DNA of 63,718 nt, filler included, from Rhabdomonas costata (GCA_019059605.1; 48 parts of 48 records of this genome joined end to end with filler, not necessarily neighbours in it); one strand, 5' to 3'. Positions 10,785-23,422 are shown, numbered from the whole stretch's first letter. A program made the numbers and translations. The notes: generated by a model not told the origin, from the sequence alone.

Positions 10785-11691
10785 CTGATACGGATTTACG
10801 ACTTACGCAGTGGGCAGCGCGTTGCCACCCTTCGTGGTCATCGAGATAACATCCGTGACCTTATTCTTCTGCGCGGTGACGGGAACCCATACTGGGTGTG
10901 TTGCCCACTCCGCCTCTCTCGAATTTCGGAGTGGCATCCCGAGAGAAAGGAAACGTGAACAAACAGAGATTGGTGATTTCAATAACGGAGATTGAAGGAA
11001 GGATGAGGAGAGAAGGGTGCGGCGCGCTGTAAGAGTGAAGAGGAACGAGTGGAATTTCGGGAGTATGGGCAAGTGTGATAATATGCCGCTGAGATAGCAT
11101 TCGGCGCACATGCGGATCAAGAAGGGGAGTTGGTGTGGAAAAAGAACTACTGCACAGCAAAGTGAGCTGAAATGAACTTTCACGCTCTTGGGGAGGTAAG
11201 GGGTTCTCACATCTCGAGATCTGCCAATTGGGTCGACTTAAGTTTCGTATTCGCTATGTTCACACTTTGGGTGGAAGTGAAGTGATTCAGCAATAATTTA
11301 CAGACAAAAAATATGCATAGAAAAACTGTAAAATACACCCAGTGGGGGATGGTCCTGGAATATGGTTGGGTTTTTTTTAGGGTTAAGATTGAGTCAGAGT
11401 GGGTGAATTGGGCGCCTTCCGTCACCCACCCACCCCGTATACAAGGACTAGGATGAGAGACTAAGAGTATTAATATATATTTCCGCTTCGGTGCTGAAAA
11501 GCTGAATGCTTAAAACGCTTAAACACATCTCCACGTTAGCTAGCGCGCCTTGCGCCCAACGCACTCATCGGGTACTGTTTCTTACACTTTCCATGCTTCA
11601 GCTTGTGAGTGCCAGCACTGACAACACGGTGAAGACATGGGACCTCCGAGCACAGAAGTGCTGCGCAACCTTTGCGATGCACCACGACTCG
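10785..11691 (+). CDS. WD40 protein, WDR48/UAF1-like (exons 10785-10895 and 11602-11691)
   Basis: Spliced translation is LIRIYDLRSGQRVATLRGHRDNIRDLILL...W|LVSASTDNTVKTWDLRAQKCCATFAMHHDS. Confidence 0.8.
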
Positions 11692-12450
11692 GTGTGCCAA
11701 CCGTCACCAGTGTTCCCTTGGGATTCGTTCCAATGAAGTTGCCATTGTGTAGTCGGAGCAGAGGAGTCTCTTTCCGATTGTGAAGGTTTTCAAAGCTTAA
11801 AATGAAATTCCAGGCTGACATTGGGACCGCTTCAGCACCCGCAGCTGTTTCTTCTTGGGAATCAGCAATCANNNNNNNNNNNNNNNNNNNNNNNNNNNNN
11901 NNNNNNNNNNNNNNNTTAATTAATTAANNNNNNNNNNNNNNNNNNNNNNNNNNNNNNNNNNNNNNNNNNNNTTGTTGTTGGTATGAAGCTGTCAAGAGTT
12001 GCGTGTCCTGCTGACACGTATTTTAAGGGTACGTATTGCCTGCTTGGTGCAACATATTACTCGTTTGACCTGAAACTGAGGGGTGGAAAAACGTTTCCTA
12101 ATAAGGAGACATTTCAGACTTACAGAGGTTTGGAGGAGGGGAAAAGCTTTGTTCTCCCACATTGTCTGAATGAAATGCGCCTGTGGATGTTTCTGATGAA
12201 ACCGGGTGGGTAAATTGGGTGCCGTCTTTATACCAGAAAAACACCTGTCCTTCCGAGAATTTTTCCATTTTTTGTGGACAGTGCGTTTAGGCAATTGGAG
12301 GCAACTCTTCATTTTGAAGTGCATCTTTCTACAAAGGTTTTTTCTGTTTGATGTTATCGTGGGAAACTTTCACTATTGAGGTGAAACGCGCCAACCATGT
12401 CTTGTTGCTACATATTTTACTGGTAATGGGCGGTGGCCTTGTGCCGGCAG

Positions 12451-12480
12451 GGCATGGCATGGCATGGCATGGCATGGCAT
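12451..12480 (+). repeat. (GGCAT)6 microsatellite directly before an acceptor AG
   Basis: Read directly. Confidence 0.95.
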
Positions 12481-12482
12481 AG

Positions 12483-12695
12483 GTGGGTGCTCCCAGAAAA
12501 GTGGACCGCGGTGAGGCTGGTGATTCGGTACCCCTTCCCATGCTTCGACTCCGACGGGCTGGTCCGCCAGCACCCCTACCTCCTGAAGGAGATCTCCGTG
12601 CACAACTGTGTGGCCTTCCTGGGCGCCGGATTCTGTGCCCCCGCCAAGGGGCCCTCCTGGGCGGAGCTCCTGGACGCAGCAGCTGAAGACATCTG
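12483..12695 (+). CDS. SIR2-like (SIR2_2 type) domain, N-terminal exon
   Basis: LLKEISVHNCVAFLGAGFCAPAKGPSWAELL matches the F-x-GAG-x-S...P-x-W-x-x-L-L motif. The exon is GC3-rich and bounded by AG and GT. Confidence 0.75.
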
Positions 12696-14853
12696 GTGAA
12701 TCTTGAGCGTGAAGCATTCATCATGCTTTTATCTCCTTGATGTAACCCAACGTAATGGGTCAATGTTTTAATGTGGACCGCAGCCCATCTTTGGAGGCTT
12801 GAAAAACTTCCAATTGGCATTGATGGCGTCGTTTTGTTCGGACCCGAGCAGTCAGATCGAATCTCGCAGCAGTGTCACCGCCTGTAACAGCAGCACTGTC
12901 TCGGTATTATCATCGCTCCTCCCTTTCTTTCCCTGTTCTCAATATTATGACCTTGGTTGGAAAACGTTGTCCTTCAATTTTCCTACCGCAACCTTTCGTT
13001 CAGCTTCATCCTTCAGGTTCCACTTTCCATCTCCACCCTCTCATTTCTCGCATGCAAACAATACTCTCATGCTCTCCTCATTTTATATTTGAAAGCTTTT
13101 CACCCCTCATTCTTGCATTTCTCCTGCGAGACACTAACTCTGTCTATGCTATAAGGGGGTGGGGGAGGAGCTGTGTCCCACCCCCCCCAACCAAACACAC
13201 CNNNNNNNNNNNNNNNNNNNNNNNNNNNNNNNNNNNNNNNNNNNNTTAATTAATTAANNNNNNNNNNNNNNNNNNNNNNNNNNNNNNNNNNNNNNNNNNN
13301 NCCATTGCTTGCGTGACGGTTACCTCGCCGCATCAAAGGGTATTTTTTACCAGTGGAAAACTCCTCTGTTGATTTGAAAGTGCTGGGTACCAGGTGTGTC
13401 TGTGGAAGCTCTTAATTTGATGTTCCTTTCGTTTCCTACTTTTTTCTGGTTCAGTGTAATGTCTGCTAGATTTCGATCTCCGTCCTCGTGTGTGTTTCTT
13501 CCTGACTACCTGCAGTGATAAATGCAGCTCTGGGCGTTTTTCCCTCTCCTGGAGCTGCCTCCCGTGAGCGGCAGATTGACCCTCACCAAAACTGGTGACA
13601 AAGGGGGACTTAGAAAGTTCAAGTCGCATGTTCACACACACTCCTTTTTCGCCCTTCTCGTCATCCCCGTCCCCCGATGTCCTGATCCCAGATGAATGGA
13701 CGTTGGCTTTCAGTGCTTTCTATTTGATTTCGCTTTCTCTTTGCCATCGCAGCTGTGCCGTGTTTGTGTGCATTGAACGCCTTTGCTTGCGTGCTGTGTA
13801 CTGTGCTCGGTTGTCGTCGTGGGATGCGCGTGCCTGGGCCTGAGCCGGCCGTCGTGCCAGAGCCTCGTCTCGGCATCCCTCCCCCACCCAACCATCCTCG
13901 TCTGTGCGCAATATGGTACCTCGTTTCGTCTCGCCCAGTGCCCCATTTGTACACGCTTCTTTTTTTTTTTGCTTCGGCTCTCCCCAAGACAACCACGATC
14001 TTGTGCACAACGCTTGGCGTGGGGGTCATTTGCAATGATAATGATCCGTCCTTGTCACTCTGCCTGTTTCGAGGGGGAGCTTTAATCCCACTTCCTTCTT
14101 CACTGCCCCACCCGTTTTTCCTGAGGCAGGAGAGAGAGAGTTTCAATTTCCCACTCAATGCTGCCCAAGACTGCTTCTTAGCTTGCCTTGAAGCTTCCGT
14201 GGCAATCAATTTGTGGGTCCTTTCTCCCCTCCCTTTCTGCTTTTTTTATGTTTTGTTCGTTTACCGTGCTATGCGCACGGCCAGACTCTCATACTTTCCC
14301 TGCGCTGCTGCTTCATCCAGGTTACCTGGCTCCGTTTGTGGTGGTTTACGAGCTGCGGATCACAAGTTCGTTTTGTCCGACGGAGCGGGAACGAAACCAG
14401 CAGACCCACTGATATGCCGAGGGCATATAGATGACAGAGCTCGATTCGAAAAAGCCCTGTCGCGCAGTAAAAAAAATGGTTATTAATTCGCTTTCTCTTA
14501 GCTCCTTCATCATTTTGCCCCCCCCCAACCCNNNNNNNNNNNNNNNNNNNNNNNNNNNNNNNNNNNNNNNNNNNNTTAATTAATTAANNNNNNNNNNNNN
14601 NNNNNNNNNNNNNNNNNNNNNNNNNNNNNNNGGTTTGTTGTCAGTGAAGTTTGTGAGAGTGCGCTTGCGTGGAAGTGCCTGTGTGTGTGGGGGGGGGTCC
14701 AGTGAAGTGGGTTCTTATTGAGTCATCACAACGTTGCAGGTTTCATTTTTGGGCATTGCAAAATTAGGCAGGTTCCGCGTGTTGTCCTAGGGCGATGGGG
14801 GACAGGTTGCTAAGCAACCTGACGTAGGTTCTGCTGACCAGGTTTTTTATCAG

Positions 14854-15847
14854 GACACAGAAGCCGTGACTTGGCTGGCGACTAAATTGGGCCTTCGTGA
14901 CAGCTCCGCCGACGATCCGGAGATCATCAACGCTTTGGTTCGGAAGGACATAGCTGGCTTGGTGGTGGAGATCTTGGAAGCTGCGATGGGGTACGTCGCC
15001 ACTGGGAGAGGAGCAAAGCTAGAATTTTGCGGGCGAAGTGCCGGAATTGCCGATTTCCCTCTCATTGTATGGAGTCTGAGGTAAAGGGAATGGAAATCTC
15101 AAGGGTACCGCTCTTCGTGCAGGTACAGTGAGGCAGCGGAGCTGCTCCGAGACCCTGAGTTTCGCCGTGGAGGGTATCTCAACTTCACCGGGCTGCAGTG
15201 CTTCGAGCTCCCCCCGGAGGCGTACTCGGCCCCCTCTGTTTTGGATTTCCAGGTGCCTACTACTTGCTTGATTGTTTTATGGTGCGCGTGGACTATCCAG
15301 CTCCCGTTGCATGGGCTCTGATTGTGTATGTAGACATGGACTTTTGTGTAAGAGCTTATAGTCTGAATCCCGTCTCGATCGATCATTACTTTTTTCCCCG
15401 CGCAGGCGCGGTGCAACAGGCTTCTGCGGATGCCTCCAGAGATTGGCCGCTATATTCTTATGGAAAGGCTCTTGCTGTCCCACAACTGCCTGAGCAGTCT
15501 CCCAGACGAACTGGCGCAATGCCGCAACCTATGCTACTTGGTCACGGGCACGCCCCCCCCCATCTCTCTCTCTTCTTTTTCCCTGGCCAAGCCTCGTTCA
15601 CTGTTCAAACCCTACCACTGCGTCAACACTGACGGCTGTACGGGTTTCGGCGACGGAACTTGTCTGGTGCATCTGCTTTGCAACACTAGAACGTACGTCT
15701 CCACTCACTTGACCCCATTAGCAAAAATGCTTTTTGCCAGACTGTTGATGATAACCGCCTGAAGGCCCTTCCACAGCAGCTGGGCCAGCTCTCCAGGCTG
15801 AAGCACCTGAACGCCACGGGGAACCTTCTCTACGAACTTCCCCCAAC
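14854..15847 (+). CDS. Leucine-rich repeat protein, 4 exons
   Basis: Three in-phase GT-AG introns. The translation includes LLLSHNCLSSLPDELAQCRNL and VDDNRLKALPQQLGQLSRLKHLNATGNLLYELP. Confidence 0.85.
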
Positions 15848-15961
15848 CCTTACAAAACACANNNNNNNNNNNNNNNNNNNNNNNNNNNNNNNNNNNNNNN
15901 NNNNNTTAATTAATTAANNNNNNNNNNNNNNNNNNNNNNNNNNNNNNNNNNNNNNNNNNNN

Positions 15962-17188
15962 GGAGGGGGTGGGGGTAGTGAAGTAAGAGAGAAGCAGATG
16001 GAGGGAGCGTGTTCGGGCTGTAGGTGCCTCAGAAGGCAGGCCCGCAGGGCAGGGGTGTCGAGGGGCTTGCCCATCGCCGAGGTCATTCCGGCATCCAGGC
16101 ACTGCTGCAGCGTCCCGGGGCCGCAGTCCCCGGTGACCCCGAGGATGGGCACGGAGGAGTACCGGGGGTCCGCTCGGATCCGCCGCGTGGCTTCCAGCCC
16201 ACACATCTGCGGCATCATCACCTGAATGACAAAACCAAATAAAAGGATCTGTCATAATGATGGTGAGCAAAACGCGGGGAGACGGCGAGAGGAGGAGGAG
16301 AGGGCGCTACAAATTTATAAAAGGAAACGCATGGAGCCAAATCGGAATGGAGTGGAGTGGGGTGCCTGCAGTCCGAGAGAGGAAAAGGACTTGCTGCGAC
16401 CTTCCCACTGCCCTCGCTCCTCGCTCGCTCGCTCAAAACGAAACGCGCAACAGCATACGTCCATTAGAATCACACTGAACGTGAATGCCGCAGTCTGCAG
16501 GACCTCCACCGCCTCTTGACCGTCGCCGGCCTCCACAATCCCGGCCTCTGGGAAGCCCATCTGCTGCAGCTTCAGCGAGAGCACCCGCCGGTTCATCACC
16601 ACATCGTCCACCAGAAGCACTCGGGCTTCGGCAAAGGCCGCAGGCACCGGCTGCCCAGCGGTCCTGACTTTACGGTACCGACCACCACCACCACCATCAC
16701 CACTACGACTGGTGGCGGTGGCGGTTGGAGCCTCGAAGTCCACAGTTTGCTCGCAGAATATGGTACTCGTGAGGGTGTGCTGGGGGATGCCACTGCCATC
16801 CCTGCTGCTGTCCGGAATGGTGGCAAGGGGTGCTATGATTTCTGAAGTAGAGCGGGAAGGTGCGAGGAGACCCGGGGTGTGGTCCGGCCCCGCCACCATC
16901 GCGCTAAGGGCGTGGAACAACTTAGGAAGGGTCAGCGGAAGGCTCACCGCGGGCAAGGGCACCACCCACCCGCTGATCTTCACTGGGCTGACGTGCAGCG
17001 CACGGAAGCTGCACCGCTGCCGCGCCTTGTGCAGCTCGGCCAAGACGGCTTCCGCCTCGGCGGGCAGCCGGGGAAGAAAAACCACAGCCACGGTAGGGGG
17101 CTGGGGCAGAGAGGAGGAGCATGGCGAGGCCGCTTCGGCGAGAGCTTCGGCACTCTCGAGAGCCTCGCAGCTGATGTCCATCACCCAA
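15962..17188 (-). CDS. C-terminal response-regulator receiver domain, hybrid histidine kinase-like (intron 16458-16222)
   Basis: RVLLVDDVVMNR...GDGQEAV...VILMD|VMMPQMCGLEATRRIR...PILGVTG...AGM...KP, with the phospho-Asp intact. Confidence 0.9.
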
Positions 17189-18628
17189 ACCNNNNNNNNN
17201 NNNNNNNNNNNNNNNNNNNNNNNNNNNNNNNNNNNTTAATTAATTAANNNNNNNNNNNNNNNNNNNNNNNNNNNNNNNNNNNNNNNNNNNNGTGTGGGTG
17301 TGGGTGTGGGTATTTGCGTGTAAGTTGGGCACATAGCGCGTTGGTTGTTGCCTGGATGACTGTAAGTGACTCTGTGGACTGACAGATACACGCGCGCTGT
17401 TGTCCACGGGTACTCACGAGAGGTATACCTTCGTGCCGTGTGTGGCATGGCTGACATGCTGACACCGAAACTAAGAGTTAGGCAACAGAAGTCTTTTATC
17501 AACCTACATTTATGCCGCTGGTCAGTTCACGGGGTAGACTGCCATAGCACACCTGTGAGAGCTGGCTGGCTCGCAGACGGGTACTGGGGCTCCCCAGGGG
17601 GCGAAGGTCGGTCATCCCCCGCGGCATCGTTTCCTAAAGTGCACATACTCAGAGAAGCGTATGCAACGCCCTCGGAACACTGCGTGTGCTCATTTGCTTT
17701 GTCCGCTTTAATTTAGAAGTGATTACTGTTTCCTGAAAGTGACGACCTTTTTGAACTTCACTGCGAAAAAATAGAGGGATGTCCAAATTTCTTACATTTA
17801 ATCTGAAGCGGGGCATATTTTCGGGTGGGAATTTACATGATGTAAGATATGAAGGCAGGAACATGTGTCATCAAAGGAATGTGTGGGCAGTGAGGGACCT
17901 TCTAACCATTGACCACACAACCCAAAGGACGTACCACAGCAAACAGATGGGCCCCCGGCCTTCGGAGTCGCTCCGGACGGGGTGCTCGCTGCCACCGCAG
18001 AGGGAGAACCAACGCGTCCCTTTGGGGATCGCAGAATCTGTGAAAGTAGAAACCCGAGTGCATCCAAGTCCTCCATTGGGGGCTGCCCCTATGGGGTTGC
18101 CAAAACCCCCAGACCACTATCGAGCAACTCAATAAAAACCAAAGCTGCAAGCTGTGCATGTCACCGTCTCGGGGGGCTGCACACATACAAAGGGCGGAGG
18201 AAAGCTAAAGTGAGATGAGTCACCTACAGCTGGACCTGCGCAGTGAATCCAGAACATGTGATGATGGGAAGCGCGATGGCTACCGCAATTCTCGTCTTTC
18301 TTTAAATGCGTCGACTTTTGCGATGACGGGAGAGTCCGGAGCCACGGGTTAAGGAGTGGCGCTGATCATCGGCAGAGTATCGCAGCATGAGCGCACACCT
18401 ATCTACGGATGACTCGCATTTGGTGTGCATGCCACACAAAAACCAGAAATACGTCCCACAACCTAGGCCACCGCCCCCCAAAACAAAACCAGTAAAGCTG
18501 TCTCACTCGTCCCCCAAAACANNNNNNNNNNNNNNNNNNNNNNNNNNNNNNNNNNNNNNNNNNNNTTAATTAATTAANNNNNNNNNNNNNNNNNNNNNNN
18601 NNNNNNNNNNNNNNNNNNNNNGGTGTTG

Positions 18629-19155
18629 GGGGTATGCAGCGTGACCACTTTGCAGAAACGCGCCCAGGGAGTGCGGACCATATCGTGGTCGAAAGTGGGT
18701 TCTTCAAAAGGGTTCTTAATAATATCAGTTTTTCATATCAGTTCAATTCTTCATGTCCTTTTTGTTTTCCTGTGCATTTGGGCGCCATGTGCACTCTTTT
18801 CGTTTCCCGGTGCCTTTCTCACTGTGCATCGCTGCATAGGCTGTGCTCACTCGGGTAGCCCAGCTGAGCCGCCCGCGTTGGCCGGCTACCCTGATGGGTT
18901 GCTTGGGCGCCATTGTGCTGGGCGCGCTGCAGCCTGCGTACGCCGTGGTGTTTGCTCAAGTGGTGCAGATTTTCTACTTACCTCCAGACCGACTGCGGGC
19001 GGAGGCTCCGTGGTGGTGCTTGGCGTTTCTGGGGTATGCAGCGTGACCACTTTGCAGAAACGCGCCCAGGGAGTGCGGACCATATCGTGGTCGAAAGTGG
19101 GTTCTTCAAAAGGGTTCTTAATAATATCAGTTTTTCATATCAGTTCAATTCTTCA
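18629..19155 (+). repeat. Exact 125-nt direct repeat (18629-18753 = 19031-19155) covering the splice donor and intron start
   Basis: Direct comparison; the period is 402 nt. Confidence 0.92.
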
Positions 19156-19625
19156 CTGAGGAGGTGAAGCTTTTCGAGTAGGGAAGCTGTTTGTTTCCAT
19201 CCAAGCTAAGAAAAGATGCAGAGAAAGAATCCTGTGCTGCTAAACTCAAGCGATGCATAATTTCCGTAGTCCTCAGAAGCACCACCTTGAAATTCGTAAA
19301 CTTTTCTGGTCTTATTGCTTTTGTGTCGGAACGTTGCCGACAGCAATGCGGTGATGAAGTTGGGTGTGTATGTGCGTTCGATTATATTAGTTTAACCTTT
19401 TCTTTTTTGCGCAAACCAGCTTGGCTGCGATGAACCTGGTGTGCCACAGCCTTAAAATCAGCTGCTTCTCCTATGCCGGGGAGAAGCTCACCACGACCCT
19501 GCGGCAGCAATTGTTCCGCGCACTGCTGCACCAGGACATCGGGTTCTTCGACCTTCCCGGGAACGAGTCAGGCAACCTTTGCGCTCGACTGTCTGGGGAT
19601 GCGCAGAAGGTGCACAGCCTGTTCG
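18840..19625 (+). CDS. ABCB/MDR (P-glycoprotein) transporter, TMD exons 18840-19033 and 19420-19625
   Basis: GALQPAYAVVFA and AGEKLTTTLRQQLFRALLHQDIGFFDLPGNESGNLCARLSGDAQKV. Confidence 0.92.
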
Positions 19626-19762
19626 GTATCTGCATCTCCTGTCATGAAATCTTTCTTGCTTTGGCGCGCTGCCGTGTGGTTGGTTGCCCTCCGATTTGTG
19701 GCCACAGCTGAGGTTTTCGCAATTTTTCTAGCGGAGCAGACCACCTGCGCTGTTTTATTGGA

Positions 19763-19846
19763 GGGGATGGATGCACGTCTGGGGGCCCAGCCCCAATGGG
19801 GACCTCCCCAATTAGGTGCTGGGGCGCCAGACGTGCATCCATCCCC
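19763..19846. repeat. Hairpin with 20-bp perfect outer arms and an imperfect inner stem
   Basis: Arms are GGGGATGGATGCACGTCTGG and CCAGACGTGCATCCATCCCC. Confidence 0.9.
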
Positions 19847-19951
19847 CTCAANNNNNNNNNNNNNNNNNNNNNNNNNNNNNNNNNNNNNNNNNNNNTTAAT
19901 TAATTAANNNNNNNNNNNNNNNNNNNNNNNNNNNNNNNNNNNNNNNNNNNN

Positions 19952-21181
19952 GTGGGTTGGTGCGCCGGAGGCTCAGTAGGAAACTGGGCGCGGCGTGAAA
20001 AGAATCTAATCGCAAGCAGATGGTTAAAAGCGGAGAAGTTTGCAATCGTACAAGAACTATATTGAAAGAGTTCGACGAGGAGAACGCAGTGGAGCAAAGA
20101 ATTCCAAGAAGCTCAAAGGATTCCGATGACAATGTGGTGATGGTCGAGAATGCCGCGGATTTTGAAGAAGATTACTGTAAATTGAATCTTCAGGACCTTC
20201 TACATCGAGTTGAAGAATCAAAAAAATCTTTGGAAGTGTTTTGTGGTTTTTGACGTGTTGGACTAGAAGTTTGAAAATTGCTTAACGCAATGGTTTGAAG
20301 TGTGGTGCGTTTAAAATCTTTCTTTTTTGCATTTGTTTGTGGTTTTGTTGTATTGGTTGAGTTTGTATGGTGCCGCGCAAGAGGTTTTGTGAAGGTTTGG
20401 GCTGTGGAGCTGTGTATTGTAAGTTGATTCGTACTGTTTTGCTGTTGCTATGCTCACCTTGCTTCTACGCACAAGCCTTGAATAGTGGAAAGATGTGAAA
20501 GGCCAAATGGTACAGTCACACCCCTTGAAGTGCGCGTGTTTGTTAGAAGGTGCGAATCCAAAGTACACCACAGGCAGTCGAATGCACACCCTCCACGGAA
20601 AATGGCAGCCAAACACACAGGCAATTTGCCAAGAGGGTTGGTTTTGGAGTTAAAGCCTGCGCGCCCTCGCATCCTCGTATCCCCGCCACCCCAGAAGGAG
20701 GAGAAAGCACCAGAACCGTCAGGTCACCGAGGAAAAGCTGGAGTCGCTAAGGACCACTCCCCGCGCCGCAAAATGCGGCTGAGTGTAATCACAGCCAGGT
20801 ACTTGGTGTATACCAAGGTAAGCCCCTGCAGCTCCCAACGCGCGTCACAGGAGTTCGGGAAGCGGTGATACCCAAGCCGGGTCCGCAGTCCTGTGAACCC
20901 ACCGGGACAGTTAATTGGCCAGGCAGAAGGCTGGGCCGTCACAGGTGGTAGCAGGGGGTTGGTTGGAAAACACCCTGTGCGGTGCAAAGCGCGTAGCGCT
21001 CTTTGTCGCGACAAGTCGTCGCGTGGTAGCAGAGTCTATTGGGGAGAAGTTTCGTACGATTCAGGTTTGTATAAGACCGCCTGACGCAGGGAGCCTGCCC
21101 GCGACACGCAAAGCGTTGGTCGCATTGATTGGTATAAGGCGGAGAGAGGACCTGCTCGTACAGAGTGTGAGTTGTGTCCCT
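19952..21181 (+). mobile_element. LTR retroelement segment: ORF end, purine tract, 450-nt LTR (20494-20943), PBS 20946-20964, second PBS 21024-21034
   Basis: The LTR runs TGTGAAAGGCC...GGCCGTCACA. TGGTAGCAG starts 2 nt after the CA. Sequence blocks are shared with the 5321-6551 element. Confidence 0.7.
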
Positions 21182-23291
21182 NNNNNNNNNNNNNNNNNNN
21201 NNNNNNNNNNNNNNNNNNNNNNNNNTTAATTAATTAANNNNNNNNNNNNNNNNNNNNNNNNNNNNNNNNNNNNNNNNNNNNGTTGTTGGTGGCGCTTCCG
21301 CTGCTGGGATACAGGTGGTGGGAGGACTCTGGACCGCCCGCGGGGCCCGCGTCGGCCGGGGGGTTGCTGGCTGAGGGCAGCAGAGGGGACCCCGCCACGA
21401 TAAACGTCGTGCGGGTGTCTGTGATCACCACAGACTTCTTGCAGTGCTTTGGGCTGCACAGGCTGCCCACCCGAGAGAGCCCTCGCGGAGAGTGCGTGGC
21501 TGAAAGCAAAGCCAGCGACGGACACATACACACAGATCCCAAAACAAAAGAGTGTAAATTCAAAAACCATCCAAACCCCAGAGAAAGGCAGCGTGAATCC
21601 TACTTTGGACAAGTGCGGATTTGTGAACGTTTGCCAGAAAGTAAATATTTTTGTGAGGTCTACGCTCGACCTGGGGGCAAAGTTCCCCGCCCTCACCCTG
21701 TCTCTCGCACCGCAGGTTCCTCCCACTCTTCCAAACGTCATCGCCACCGCCCTCGCCGCCCTCGTGCTTCTTCTTGCTCACCCGCATCTCTAAGACCAGG
21801 ACCGCCTTTATGCCAAAGAATTGAAGTTCGCCCTCGTCACTCGGCCGGGTGTTTGAACCGGGTGAATGAGAATGTCCCGTAAGATTTCGTGCATTTTTAT
21901 TTTGTTACTACGTCATTCGCACAACAACCGGAAAAGGTCACGATTCCTTTTTCTGCGTACAGACTCATGCTCAAGAACCCCCCCTCCCCAGATTCAGGGG
22001 TGGCTTCTCTGAAACAAATCTGAAAATCTGTTGGGTTCCTTGGTTTTCTATGATGTGTGGAGTTATACCTTTTTTTTGCTTCTCACTGCAAATCGTGTGC
22101 CTATACGACGCAGCTATGCGAGCAACACAGCAGCAGCATAACACCCCCACACGAAAAGATAACACTTCGACGCCGACAAACACATTCATACGCGTGGACT
22201 TGGGCGTGTCTTCGTCCTGTTCAAAACGCAAAAAAAAATATCATTGCAAAAAAAAAAAGGAGAAAAGTACCAAAATGAACGTCGCATTTCACCCATGCTC
22301 CTCCTCCGAAGACAGTGGTTGTGCTGAAGTAGGAGGAAAGAGGGTAATTCTGTTGGTGATTCTCCATCAGAAGGGGAAGGGGAGGACCCACCCTGAATGC
22401 ATTGGAGAGAGATAGGCAAAACGAAACCCTTCGCGGCCATGAACACTGTACTGAACACTTTGCCAGGCGCGCTCTTCTAGCATTTTAGGACAGGGGAGAA
22501 ATACCCCCAAAANNNNNNNNNNNNNNNNNNNNNNNNNNNNNNNNNNNNNNNNNNNNTTAATTAATTAANNNNNNNNNNNNNNNNNNNNNNNNNNNNNNNN
22601 NNNNNNNNNNNNTGTGTTGTGTGTTTGGGGTTGTGTGGGTGTGGGAGTCCCAAGGGTGAGGGCTTCGAAGCGCTCCTGCAGGTGTTGCTGCTGCTCTTGC
22701 AAGCGTTGGACAGAGGCCATGAGCGGCCCGAAAAGCTGCTGCGCCCAAGCAGGTGGGGGTTCAGACATTGCAAGGAGGGAAAATAGAAGGGGTGACGCGA
22801 AAGATATAAATTGACCGAGAGAGGGCGGTGAAACTTCAGTATATATCGATGTATTACATATGCTTGTCAAAGGTTATATATAGCACATGGTACCTCTGAG
22901 GAATAAAAAAATATCCCTGAGAACGTGGGGAAACAGAAAATGGATCAAGCTCCTCCAAAAATATTTGGAAGCTAAACAGACGTGCATCAAAAGGTGCGTT
23001 ATCTCAATCGCATTAGCTTTCAGAAAAAGACAGCACCGTTTTTGTGAAACAAGAGAGGTGTATGGTGCACACCTTCCTAAGCTTTGTCAAGAAGAGTAGG
23101 GAGCAGGGCGGCAAGCGTGGTCAGTGTCGGGGTGGGAGTGCGAGGGTCGGTCGAGAGACGTTGAAGAGCCTCGGGTGTGACATTTTGAGGGTAGGTGGGC
23201 GGCGGAGGGGGGGAAGGCGGCGCATCGCTTTGTTTGTGCTCGATGCCTCGACCCTCAAGGCAAGGGCCCCAAGGGGTTGGTTGGGTTGTAG

Positions 23292-23422
23292 GTGCCCGCA
23301 CGCAAGCTGCCCACTCCAGTGCTGAAAAACGGGAAGGAGAACGTCTCTATTAAGACCCCGCAGGAGGCCTGGGACATCAAGTTCCAGTGGCCGATGTTCC
23401 GCGCTGCGTCCTTCCTGAAGTG
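23292..23422 (+). CDS. Argonaute/Piwi-like exon (L2-MID linker region)
   Basis: VPARKLPTPVLKNGKENVSIKTPQEAWDIKFQWPMFRAASFLKW resembles the V-x-(A/G)R-x-LP-x-P-x-L...W...F...W pattern. The exon is bounded by TAG and GT. Confidence 0.55.
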
